Of a DNA stretch of 64,000 nt, positions 1 through 11,679 are shown in pieces (within the stretch, counting starts at the first letter, position 1; each line of letters starts with the position of its first letter). Below the pieces are notes generated by a model. The model was not told where the DNA came from. It ran no database searches and saw only the letters and a list, made by a program, of their open reading frames with translations. Location of the stretch: positions 1,364,001 through 1,428,000 of the forward strand of contig JAYWIR010000025.1 of the NCBI GenBank assembly GCA_036172245.1, given 5' to 3'. The stretch comes from Raillietiella orientalis. Its lineage: Eukaryota. The translations under genes were made by a program, and so were the position numbers.

Positions 1-3000
1 TTGGCTACTCTGAACACTTCCATACGAGTTCAAGGTGCACCGATACCTCCGGAAGAGGTGAAGCGTGCAATCCCACCTCATTTTCTTGCTTACTGGCAGC
101 CAAGAGCTGCGAGTTCCAAACTCCCTCAGAACTTGCACCTTTTTCCTGTTCGCCGCTTTTCCAGCAACCGTTCACACCAGTGCAGAGTCTCTTCAGCACA
201 TTTGCCCATGCCTGAGCATCTGACGTTTGGAGGAGGAGCAATTGCTTTGCATTCCTGAAGCTCTGATCCATTTTCTGAGACATGCCTTTACTTCTTGCAG
301 CATGAAGTGTCTTCACCACAGAGCCACAGGGGATAGAAAATTCTTCTTCGCGAAGCGGGCATTTCGTGTGCAACAGGTTGAGGTCCCACTGTCACTCACC
401 ACCCTTCGCCACGACCCTTGGGAGCTTATAGATTTGCGAAGAGTCACAGAACCCACGGTTCTTCCCGGCTGGCTGAGTGATGAGAGTTTCAAGCCCTCAT
501 CCTGCTGGAAGGACTCATGGCATGCTTTCCTTTAAATGCAGATATCGAGAGGAAGAAAACTGAAAATTGCAGATCTCGATGCTGGAGGGAAGCTCCCTGC
601 AGCTGCTCACAAAAGAACGTTTGTCTGTGGCACAATCAATTGTGGAGAGTTAAAAATGAAGACTGAAATGAAATATATCCAGAGGGCTGGATTAAATGCT
701 CATAAGCAGGTTTGTAGCTCCGAATTCAGTGTATATGGGAACATCACTACCCCAGGATGCATGCTCACAGGACACAGCAGAAAATCAAAAGTCCTAAGCA
801 TCAACAGCCACCGATCTTCGAGACAATCGTCGCTCCCATCTCAGAAGAACTGCTCGATAGCATTCACCGATGATGGATCTCTGGATACGCAGTTTCTACC
901 GTAACAAATAACGGACGGTTGTGCATACAATCAACTACTTTGTAGCAACTGACGAGCGTAGAGGCTTCTCTGACGAAGACCAAGAAGTACTGAGGGTTGC
1001 ATTTGGCATTCATCATGCAAAATGAAGGGAATACTCTTGAAGCAATGGTACATCGCGTGGGAAATCAGCCAAATACTTTCTTTGAGACTCATACTGCTTG
1101 CCTTTGATTGGCTCGACGTACTTTATGGCTCATGTTTTGTCGATTCCACGGCTCAGCTGTCCTGTTAGCCCCACTGCCAGAGCGTGTATTCTTTCATCGC
1201 TTGCATTCTATACAGTTCGCGCCGAATTTGTTGCCCCGTGACTTACGACCCCTGATGGTAATGTGAGCAATTTGTTTCAAGGAACAGAAATGCAAGGAGA
1301 GTTTCATCTTAAACGAACAGCTGACTCGGATGCATCAAACTTGAAAGCAATCAGGTTTATTTTTAGACAGCCCGTGCATGCTCAGGACGAAAGTAATCTC
1401 CGGAATATGTTAACAAATTTTCAGCGATTGGGATAAACGTATTTTCCTATCAGCAAGTACAGTCACTGGCGCAGCCTCAATGCCAATTTCTATTTATCAT
1501 AGAGTGAAATACGATCCCCACTGATGGTTCTTTATAATGGTCCTAACGTCAAAGGTCGAAAATCCGAATGCTACAGGTATTTCGATAAAAACAAGAGGGA
1601 ACTGCAAGGGATGGAATTCATCGCATGCCTGAGACAAAGGTTCCTTCCAAAAAGGCATCTCGTCGAAGAGAGATGATACGAAAGTATAACTTCTACTCCT
1701 TTGGAGCTTAGTCTGTTCTGGCAGTGCTTTCAACTACTTATTTTGCAACAGAACATTTCAATAGGTCCGAAAACAAAAAGTAAGATGGTCTTGTGCGTAG
1801 TAAAAACACAATTTGGAATCCAAAATTTTTTGCTGAATTTCTGGAATAGTTGAGCAAATTCTGCTAAATAAGGGGTAAGCGAAGGAAGCGAACTCCATGA
1901 TGGTTTGGAGTCACCACGCAGCACGGACGTTTGCATTCGACATCTGCGATTGACAGTCGAATTTATCCATGAAAGGAAACCATGAAGGCTTTAATCCATG
2001 AAGGGAAAGAATGGCGATGCTTAAACTGCATTGATACATTAGGAGGTATATAAGAAGTTGTCCTCAGCTAGTATCGTACGCTGATCAATAAAATATGAAG
2101 TGTTGGCAATAAAAGAGCTGAAAACGTATGGCCGGTGTTTTAAGTTGTGTCTTATTTATCTAACATTATTTATGTATAATTCGATGCTATCAACTCAACA
2201 AAAGACGTTATGTCTATACCAATTTTGCCTAAGGGACTGACAAACTGGATTATCAATTCTATTGGGATTCGAATCTGGTACTAGATGGAGAGCATCCTGG
2301 ATTAAAGTAATCAGTGGAAATATAAGAAACTGGAAAAGAGAAGTATGGTGCATGAATATTGCACGGCATCTGTCAATAAACAAACTATGGATATCCGGTT
2401 ACTACGTGTCTTCCGCTCCGATCCAATTCTAAGGTATAAATTTCTACTGACAGCCTTTGGACGTTTAAGAAGACTAGCGATTGCATGAAAAAAAATAAGG
2501 TAAGATAGAAGACAAGAAAATGTAGAATGAGAGAAATGAAATTCCAGCTAAAGTAAGTACGTTTGAAAAATACTGGTCCATGGTTTGAAACTTCTAGGAG
2601 AAGGAAAGGAGGTTCACGCAGTCCTCATTAATTGTGGTCACCATTTCTAGAGCAGCTTTCAAGACTACAGAAAGACAGCACCTAACGATATGCATGGCCG
2701 GAAGGTCGAAGACAAATTACTTTGAGTGCTATCGGATGTACCATTGAGGCGTGGAAACTTGGAATGATGGACAAAAAGCAAGCAACGAGAGCCTTGATGG
2801 CGAGATTGCACTTCCTAGAAATAAGACTTCCTTACAAACTTAATCTTCAAATTCATTCACTTGGTACAACTGAATTATGAGACTTGGCAGGTTCTTCAGT
2901 AGAAAATTAGATGATGTTTTTCTTGTCTCTCATTAAAATATCACATCTTTGTTTCAAAACACGAACACTGGTCCTGCAAGTTCCAATAACCTCATGGCCA

Positions 3001-4855
3001 CAATGCCTTAGTCAAAAAAGTATGCAAGAGATACCACTTCCAGAAGATGAAAAAGATGTCGAAAAGCACTCTCCACATCAGGGGAGAACCAAACCATGCG
3101 TTGAACAGCATTAGCTACTTCTGGTATACCAGAGATCAACTGAGTCTTGTCTCATGATGCTTCATGAACGATGCCTGGCTAGATTACCTCCCGTGCGAGC
3201 AGAGCCTACAAGAAGCGACGAGGACTGCACGTGCAAGAGGAACTCGGCAGAGAGATCTAGAGAGATTGCAAGATGTCAAGCTCTTCGGCAAGAGGAAAGA
3301 CCGCCTGGCCAACGCAACCAAGGCTCAGAGGAAACGGGGCAGCCAACACCGGGAATCGACTCAAGAACTTCGCATGAGTCTGGAGCGCCAGTCGAGTCGT
3401 GGCGCACCCCATGCTCCCTCTCAGCCATGTTGAGAACTCTGAAACAGCTCAGGTAGAAGCACTGCAAAGGGAAGAAGGCAAGCGTCTGGAACTGTGCCTC
3501 TTTTTTTTGCCTACAATGTGATGGGATAGGGAGAAATCATCCAGAACACATGCTCTGAGCACGAAATTCGAATAAGAGTTGCGTATGTATCATCATCCTT
3601 GTCATTTGAACTCAAGCGCGTGAGCGATGATGCGCGCCATCCAGATATGTACTTTTACAAACATCAGTCATCTATCGGTCTATCGTTTTCGAAGATAATT
3701 TTCTACAAGGAGTGGCGAATTCTTCAAAACTGGGAGAAGAAACACATCTGGCACCTGGTAGAAGGCAACGTTGCCATGAAAGCAGCGGGCGAGAATGCGA
3801 AACCGTCGCTTTGGATTCCTCGAAAGTGAAAGTGCCCCATCACTCTTCCGGCAGGGTGACCGACTGGTGCCAGTTCGGCAGCATGTGACAAATGGCGGAC
3901 GGATTCGAAGGTGGAACCATATTGGTTATGTCCATCAAGCGGTTTCATATTGCTAGCAAACGAAGAAAAGATCAGCCATCCACCTGCACCGGTTTGCTCT
4001 GATGAGACTGGGAGTGCATGTTCGGGAATGGCGTCACAGGAAATGTAAGCTCATTTAGCATAAAGATTCAGTTTATGCAGAAACAGAGATTGCTGTTGTG
4101 CGCACGAACTGAGTCCATGTAAGTGTTTTGGATTCCCGGGTTCACCAAACGCACTCATAAAACCTCTAATTGCCCCTTACACTCCATTGTCTTCCGAACT
4201 TTGGCATTTGCAAGAGGCACGTTTCCAATTCTACAGAGGAGAGCAGCTCGTATAAAAGCTCCTCTCAGAATAGGTTCAAGATTTTCTTGCCCCTCCCTCC
4301 CTCTTAAAAACATCATCAGAATTCTTATCTGTGTTTTCGAATCCCTTCGTGCTTCTTGTCCCTTGTATCTCTGTGGATATCTCTTTCGATGCATTTTTCA
4401 AGTCGCCTGCTCTTCTTTCGTGCGGTGTTTTTTTCGATTACATCCATTCACGTGACCACGTGTGTTTCAAGATGGGGACATTCTCAATGTTGGAACAAGA
4501 GTCCCGAGTCCTCCCGGTACAGAATTCACTCGGGCCAAGGGTGGACACAGGTTGCCTTGCCTTTTCGAACATCCGACTTTCCATTCCAAAACTCAACCCT
4601 CTTTCTGGAAACACAAATTCTTTGCTACTTTGGCTTACTTCATTTGAACCTCAGACATCTTGTATTTAGCATTCCACTTCACTAAGAGATGCCTTTTCTT
4701 ATTTATTTTTGATCGAGGACCTTACGTATCTACGAAAGCAAAAATCGACCTTACAGAATGAGGGGGGAAACTGCTGTATCAGACAGCATGTAGGCAAGTA
4801 CTGTACAAGCTTTCAAATAAACTTCTAAAGGAATCAGCCGTTTTCCGCAGATTAC

Positions 4856-4966
4856 CTGATGTGGGTGCACAGTGCAAAACGAACCCAAGCAGTCAATCAT
4901 CTTCCGTACAACGGCTCCTGCTTCTTCACACATCGGTTTATCGTAATTCCTTGTCAGAGTGCAGAG
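4856..4966 (-). CDS. Candidate internal exon of an unassigned minus-strand gene (LCTLTRNYDKPMCEEAGAVVRKMIDCLGSFCTVHPHQ)
   Basis: TTTCAG acceptor, CAG|GTAATC donor, 111 nt (37 codons) open in phase 0-0. No family recognised. Confidence 0.45.
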
Positions 4967-6089
4967 CTGAAACGCACGGAAACCTGAGAGAACAGCGTCT
5001 GGTTCACAATCCCGAAGGATCATAAAAAGTAGATACGTGTGTGCTTTTCAATATTAAGAGCTTATCTTAATCTGCATAGTTATTCATATTTATTGGGACG
5101 CATATTGCTGCTGTTTACTGCTAATAATATGTACGTTGGTAAATATGAATAACTATATAAATGAAAGGAAATTGGTATATTAATCTATGTAGAATAAGCA
5201 CATCTGTATGATCTTCTTTCGATCTTTCGGGATTTCGATCGACACCGGAAAGCAATTGTTCACCCGCTCTTTGGTGCTTGCATGGAGCATCTCCTTCGAA
5301 GATCACAGCATCAGAAGATGAGTTACGGAAATTGAGTCCTCGCTTGAAGTGGACTGAAACGAGTGGTTTGCCGGCTGAAAACTACATGCGGGCTGCAGTG
5401 CTTGAAAGAGGTGAATCTGCAGCCGGTGGAAGGAGAAAGCAGTTGGCAAAAACCGGATCGGAAGTTGAAGATGTCCCAAGATTGCCTCCAGTTCCTCTTC
5501 CGGCTTGTTTCATTTTCTCTTAAATCCTTGGAAGGAAGCATAAATTCATTAGTGAAACGAAATTCCTTGATGTCTGTGCTACTTTTATGGAAGATTAATT
5601 CCAGGAGAAGGAAAGAAAGATATTTCTCCTAAAGCTCATCAGGATAGAAGGTCCCGACTTCACCCGGCAATAATTCCTTTAATTTTACACATCCACTCAC
5701 CGGGGGTTTCTTCCTCCACTGAAAAAAGATTTTTCAGACGACAGAGTCATGAACTTTTTTTTTCTTTTCTTTGAAAAAAAAAAAAAGAAAAAAAGAAGCA
5801 ACTATGCTCAAGATGGATTTTGAGGGCGCGGTTGTCTTTTCTTACTATGTAAATTTCTCTTTGCGAAGGCGAAATCCAGACTTGTTTAGAAGGCGCGCGC
5901 GTTCCATGGTGCCACAAGCGTGGGCATCTCTAACGCAGGTCCGAATATCTAAAAGTTCACACCATTAGTGATAATTACGTATGCTACTGTTAGCGTTGAG
6001 TGGCGATTTGTAGGTAGTGATTTCGAAATGGGAAATGCACCGATCGACCTACGAAACAAAGCACTTGAGCGGATGCCCGAATTTCTTAC

Positions 6090-6228
6090 CCGTTTTTTCT
6101 GGCAATGGAGGAACCTGTCCTTGCCGCTCCTTCAGAAAGACACGATTCTCCTGTGCGAGTGTGTGAGCGTTAAGACCAGCGAAACGGTGGAGATTATTAG
6201 TACCACCACGAGAAAGTTCGCCCATCGG
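6090..6228 (-). CDS. Candidate exon just downstream of structured element copy A
   Basis: CCTCAG acceptor, strong G|GTAAGA donor, one open frame (PMGELSRGGTNNLHRFAGLNAHTLAQENRVFLKERQGQVPPLPEKT). The 5' boundary is uncertain. Confidence 0.3.
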
Positions 6229-6259
6229 CTGAGGACTCATATCATGGAATTTTACCGAC

Positions 6260-6263
6260 AAAA
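6260..6263 (-). terminator. Candidate Pol III T4 terminator of copy A
   Basis: First run of four T on the sense strand, a few nt after the terminal ATAGGG...CCCTAT hairpin. Confidence 0.4.
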
Positions 6264-6966
6264 TGCCAAGATAGGGGGCACCCCCGAAGGGGTCCGCCCT
6301 ATGAATCCAGAAAGGCTCGGAGTCCGTTCCTCTCACTTTTGGGGAGAGGGATCGCGCCTCCCACCCTAGTTGTCTCCGAAGGGGAACAAAGAAGGGAATC
6401 TCCTTCCTCATTCTCTCCGGAGGGTCCCCTCAGGAAGGAGGGGTCCTCTCCATTTCAACTTCTCTCGGAAAGGATCCGCTATTAGGAATTTCTTTTACGG
6501 AGGGAACCTGCAAGGGAACCGCTCCTGTTCACTCCTCTGAAGAGAACCCCGAAGGGACGCTTCCGAAACTCAGAAGGGGCGCTGCAGCCACCCGCAGGGG
6601 AATCACTCTCTCTTGCTTCCTTGCACTTCTCTCGAAGAGGCGAAGACTCGGAGGGTCCCCCCCCGCAATAGGGGAGGTCCTCTCCTTCGAACAGCTGGAG
6701 AGGTGCTCGTGAAGGTTCCTGCTCCATCTTGAAACCGAAGGGGTCCCCCGGTGGGGGGGGTCCGCTCTCCGTTGCACGACAGGAAGGGGAACTCCCCACT
6801 CCTTTATTCCCGGGGGGACCCGAAGGTCGACTCCCATTGTTCCGGCCTTCATCGGGGACCTCCGGCTTAATTCACCACCGGTGCCACGCCCGAATGTTTC
6901 GGCCAGCCAGCGCCATTGCAGGAGAAACTCGGAGCCCAACGACGCAGTGGCTCAGTTTCTTCCGGA

Positions 6967-7021
6967 GTATTCGAACCCGCGACGCATGGTGCCACGCGGG
7001 GAAGCCTTAACCACAGAGCCT
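6967..7021 (-). promoter_or_regulatory. Type-2 Pol III internal promoter of copy A (A box 7021-7011, B box 6977-6967)
   Basis: AGGCTCTGTGG resembles TRGCNNARYGG and GGTTCGAATAC resembles GGTTCGANNCC, at tRNA-like spacing. Confidence 0.65.
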
Positions 7022-7622
7022 CCGACGCGGGCAAGGGTGGTGGCTGTTTGATCGTGTCAACTGACTACTGAATTTCCGTAAATAGATATCTGCTGCGAGG
7101 AATACTCTGGAAGTTTCGAAAGTGAAATCATAAAAGAATTGAAATATGAAATAGCGAGAAAACCAAGGAGTGACAGTTCTCAAGAGTTCCTGGATCAAGG
7201 AAAACTTCATTAATTGAATCACTTAAGAGTAATATATATAGAAAGGAGTTTTCATTATTGGAAAGCAAAGAAGGGAATGGAGTGAATAGCCTGAAAGCAA
7301 TGGAGTCCATTTTGATCGGATTCTGTCGTGAACCAATTTCTTACTACGAGGACCCAGAGACATTTTATAGATCTTCAGACCTTAGCTTAGCACCCAACGT
7401 AATAATAAAACCAACACTTGTGTTTCTCCTCATATCAAAAGACACATGAGGAGAAACACCAGATTGTATTTATTAACATATATACTAAACCATAAGCACG
7501 CAATGCAGGGGAGCTCATCATTCGTTGTCTATGCAGTGATCTCGTTCTTAATCTGCCCGTTGGATTTTACTGGTGCTTCCCTATCCTGGTAGAAGCCTAT
7601 CGCTTTTCCCGCTCCCACTTAC

Positions 7623-7767
7623 GGACTTGATGGTGACCACTGTTCGCGATGCCTTTGAATGATTCCCAAGTATGCGGAAGAGGTTCTGATGTCAATTCTG
7701 ATGTTAAGAAGCGGGTCTGATAGGGAACTGCTACGCCTCCTAGCAACCATGGTGAACATCCAAGGTT
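7623..7767 (-). CDS. Candidate internal exon of an unassigned minus-strand gene
   Basis: Canonical TTTCAG acceptor and GTAAGT donor, 145 nt. Two frames are open, so the reading frame is undetermined. Confidence 0.5.
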
Positions 7768-7913
7768 CTGAAAGCTGAATCGATCCCTGCTACTCCGACT
7801 TGGCAAAAAATCATATCTGAAGAAGCCACAAGAAACCACTTGGTTTCCAGCCCAGCTTTCGTAAGAGGAACGCTGCCCTTTGGTATCGAATGGAAGGTTA
7901 AAAGCCAAACCCA

Positions 7914-8150
7914 GTTAATACTTAAAATATTTTAGGAATATATTGCCCCGATTAATTAATTCTAATATTCTTAATTAAAGGATAATGTATTATATACTAA
8001 TAATAAATGATTGTTATAACAAACATTTGGGGTTTAGTATAAATCGAAGAATATTTTAAATCTATTTTCAAGATTTTTTATAAATAACACAATGAAAATC
8101 AGGAATAAAATTAATATAAATATATAATGAATAAATAACAATTCTTTATC
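7914..8150. other. Very AT-rich island
   Basis: Abrupt shift to predominantly A/T sequence relative to both flanks. Confidence 0.7.
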
Positions 8151-11100
8151 TCTTTCTCAAATCTCCGCTGTATATTCTGAAACGACAGTCCTGCATCATG
8201 GAAGTTCCTCGAACTTACAATAGAGTTCCTTTGTGTAGAGAATCACTGCCTTTCCTGCTTGCTCTTCCTGTGGGAAAAAGTCCTTTCACAACTTTCGCAC
8301 GTCTCTCCATTCCCTCTGATTCCGTAAATTTGAATTCCTCGAAGAGGTCCTTGCTGCTCCTTTTTATTTAGGTTTCTTTCACAATCAGATTTGCTTGCAA
8401 TCTGATGGTAAAAACTTCCGAGTGTCAGCGTTCTTTTTATGTATCCTGTACCTTCTTATGCATCTTTATTTAGGGATTGCGGCTCTCCATGAAGTCCCGA
8501 ATCTTTCGTTGTGCAGATCGCATCCCAATAATCTCCAGATGCCGAGAAAGAATGCCGCCGTTTATGCTGGCGCCTAGCATCTTGCCAGCCGCTCTCGCCA
8601 GGTTCTTAAATTCCGTTCCAGCTATTTGCTGAGATGCAATTCCAGCAGTTTCCCGTTGTAGTGGCCCGGAACGGGCAACTGGACTTTTCGCTGATATTCC
8701 CGTTCGTATTCCTAAAAGTTTCTTCATAGGGCAGAAAACAGCACACTGAGGAACGAGTCGCATCTACCAAACGTGCCGAGGGAACCAGGGACTCCAGGAA
8801 CGAAGTGAGTCCTTATGTCCTTGGGCGGTTGTATGCATATGTATCGCGACGCGCGGTTCCTAAAAGCCCAGATTGAAAGAACGGTTCTCTGAAAACATTT
8901 GGTTACGTGCATAAAATTATTCTTAAGTACTTTGATTTATTCAATGTCTTGCAGCCTGCATCAAGGAGATGGACACTTCACTTCGTTTTTCCCCATAAAG
9001 CAGCAAACTCCGGATGGCGTTGACCCCTGTGGTGGTTTAATTCCAGCTTATGCAAATTTCTTTGAAATTCGGTCCAATTCGCTTCGGATTTCCAGTCGGA
9101 TAGAAGTTTGACTGCATCAGCTTGTGCTCGATTAGACAGCGTTCTCTGCCGCGGCGCGACGATTCCCGTCGGGCAATGAGGGCACTCCAAGAAAGCCCAC
9201 GGAACGTGCATCGCCTCATCTGAATCCATGCGGAATATGAGATTGCCACATATGCATACGTGGATTCTTTGCAACTCTTCGCACATCCATCTGTCGTATG
9301 CAGAGATGCGGTTCACAAATGCAGTGAAACACCCATGGCCGTGCACATAGAAGCTTTCCTTCTCATTAGTGTTATTTAGAGTAGGTCTATAAGCTTTCCT
9401 GGGTGCGCATTTGCAAATTATCGAACATACTCGCATAATTCTAAATACGATTCTGATGTCGCACTGCATCTCTGTACATCCTGCTTTGCAATGTCGAGGT
9501 GGAATAATATGGAATTATTATAAAGTTCCCTTACTCCGATAGAGAATCCTCCGAAGCAAATGATGGTATGCCAACCCATGGGAACCCCCTTTTTTTTCCC
9601 TTTTCATTTCATTTATGCGGCAAACTTGCAGAATGACGCACATGAAAAGCACGTGTGCCACAATCCAAGTCCAAGAGCACGCTTTCCTCAAAGGTTGCTG
9701 CTGCAGTTTGGATGAGCATGTCGTGCGGTGCTCGAAGCAGGGCGATCCACAGAAGTCCGGGAATCTCTTCTCTTCTGGTCGCATGACCCCCTTGCACGCA
9801 CGACCCGCGGGGCGCGCATCTTGATGGTCCTTTAGAGCGTGCTGTTTCCGGTGTGGTCGCAAAGCCGGCCTTTCTTCGCCGTGATTGGAACGGAAACCTG
9901 GCTGTGACTCCTTTTCAGACGGGTGCCGCCACCGCCGTCCTGATGCCTTCACAGCGTCTCCCGTGGCGCACGGAGTGTGAAGTCTGATAAACTTTCCCCC
10001 CACTTCCTGATGCTCGTCCTGACTAGCCGCCTTAGCGTTTGGTGGCGGCGGCGGCGCGCCTATTACAATGCGCGAACACGTAAGATAGCTGATTTTCGAA
10101 AGCATAGCATTTCGAAGGCATCCTCGGTGGGATGCCAGGACAACCCGTTGCCCTGACCAAGCCACGTGTCCAACGGTGTTCGAACCCCTTGTTCCCTAGC
10201 GCGAGGTGACTTTCGCGACCTTGGATCTTAAGGTGCGTTCTTTCTTTATGAGCTACGAGGTTCACCACAGCATCCACCATTTGTGCGCTCCAAAGGCCGA
10301 ATTAAGAGTGGGATGCGAGGAGAGGAAAAACTCCCTAACAGTGAATCACGTGGATGAAGATATTCGGGATTCTGAAGCGGCAAGGATCATCACTTTGCAC
10401 CTTCGTAAGCTTTGTAGCTTTCTGAAGGAGGTCAATACCCGGAGAACTGAACGCGTCACGGTTTACTGAACTCTTGATGCAAGTCGGGCTCAGCTTACGG
10501 CGCAGTATAGGCTTCTCTTTGCCCGAGCGGATGGGATACTTTGCGTCCCAGAATCATTCTGTCTTCAGGATGCATATCGAAGATCTCAGATGCTGCGAGA
10601 TCCGATAGGCGGGCAGACAGATTATCATAACTAAACAGATGAATTAGCTGAACTGGCACATCTGGAAACGGGAGGATGAATTACCCCCCTCCCCCCCCCA
10701 AAAAAAAAAATGCACACTGAAAGTCAGAACTGCCGCGAGATGATACCTCTGGTAGACGTCATACGCTAGTAGTGCGTGCATCCCGGAAGATCTGCGTTGA
10801 AGCCAGCGGCCACACGCATCTGGTCGGCGAGCTGTTCTTGCAATATCCGGTTGCACCGGCCGGCTTGTTTCTTGCAGCTAGCGACAAGGACGCGTATAAA
10901 TAAATAAATAATGCGAAAATGCGGTGTGGGCCATCAGCTCCTACCAAATTCTGGAGGGTTCTGGACGAGCTGGCCAGAAGTCATCTGACTTGCTAGTGAG
11001 GCCCGCCTCGGAAAAGGAGGGGAAAAAGGTAACAAGTAAACAAATGCAGAAAAAAAGTGCATATAACTTTTTATAGGAGGGAGAGGCGCCGGTAACCTCC

Positions 11101-11409
11101 TGGGCCCCGCATGTATGATGCCGCAGGTTGCTGCTCAAATCCTCCAGGCGCGGCGATCTCATTCTACTCAGGAATGAGGTCACGACGAGGAAGGCGCTTC
11201 CCTGACGCTTCGTGCCGCGGAGGCAGCAGGGAGTTGAGATCGCCGGCAGGCAGGAAGCATTGCTCTGCGCACGAGGAGGCACCTCGACACATCTCTGGGG
11301 TGGGTTGTTGTCCTCCTCCGGGAGTGTCAGGATCGTCGAGAAACGCTCCCACGCCCGTCGGAGGGAGGCGCGATCCACAAGCACGAGCAGGAAAGATATC
11401 CACTTCCAG

Positions 11410-11679
11410 GATCACGTTTGGAACCTCCACTGTTGATGTGCACTGGGAAATAAAACTGCATCCAGCCTCTGCATCTCCGAGCTCAAGGCAGCCCGGATGT
11501 CTCTTGCAAAACATCCGGATCGAGGGAAAATCATGCCCTGCGTTGGTCAGCATTGGGCTTCCGGGCATTTTCGGTCAGCATGCTTACAACGACTTGATCC
11601 TCTCTGCCTGTGCGAGCATCACCCGCTGTGCAGAAGGGTGCAGGAGATGGGAATGGTCGCTAGGTTACATCCACCGCAG
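11410..11679 (+). CDS. Candidate plus-strand exon (ITFGTSTVDVHWEIKLHP...WSLGYIHR)
   Basis: TTCCAG acceptor, CAG|GTGAGC donor, 270 nt open, same phase at both ends. No family recognised. Confidence 0.4.

Larger units (their letters stand above)
6250..7028 (-). ncRNA. tRNA-headed, GC-rich structured Pol III-type element, copy A (SINE-like or multicopy ncRNA)
   Basis: Minus strand begins GCGTCGGAGGCTCTGTGGTTAAGGC...GGGTTCGAATACTCC (A and B boxes). Colinear homology to 44748-45450, with identical blocks 6316-6336/45338-45358 and 6531-6549/45153-45171. Many short hairpins; first sense-strand TTTT is at 6263-6260. Confidence 0.7.

Noticed and set aside
5620..5645. Hammerhead-like CTGATGA...GAAA on the minus strand (and other CTGATGA hits)
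   Set aside because: Stem II cannot close properly and stems I/III are not evident; such 7-mers are expected by chance.
6482..7010. ORFs overlapping the structured element (and 44766-45419)
   Set aside because: Reading frames are not preserved between the copies. GC richness and hairpin repeats explain the lack of stops.
6250..7028. Telomerase RNA candidate
   Set aside because: No template complementary to TTAGGC or TTAGGG was seen in either copy.
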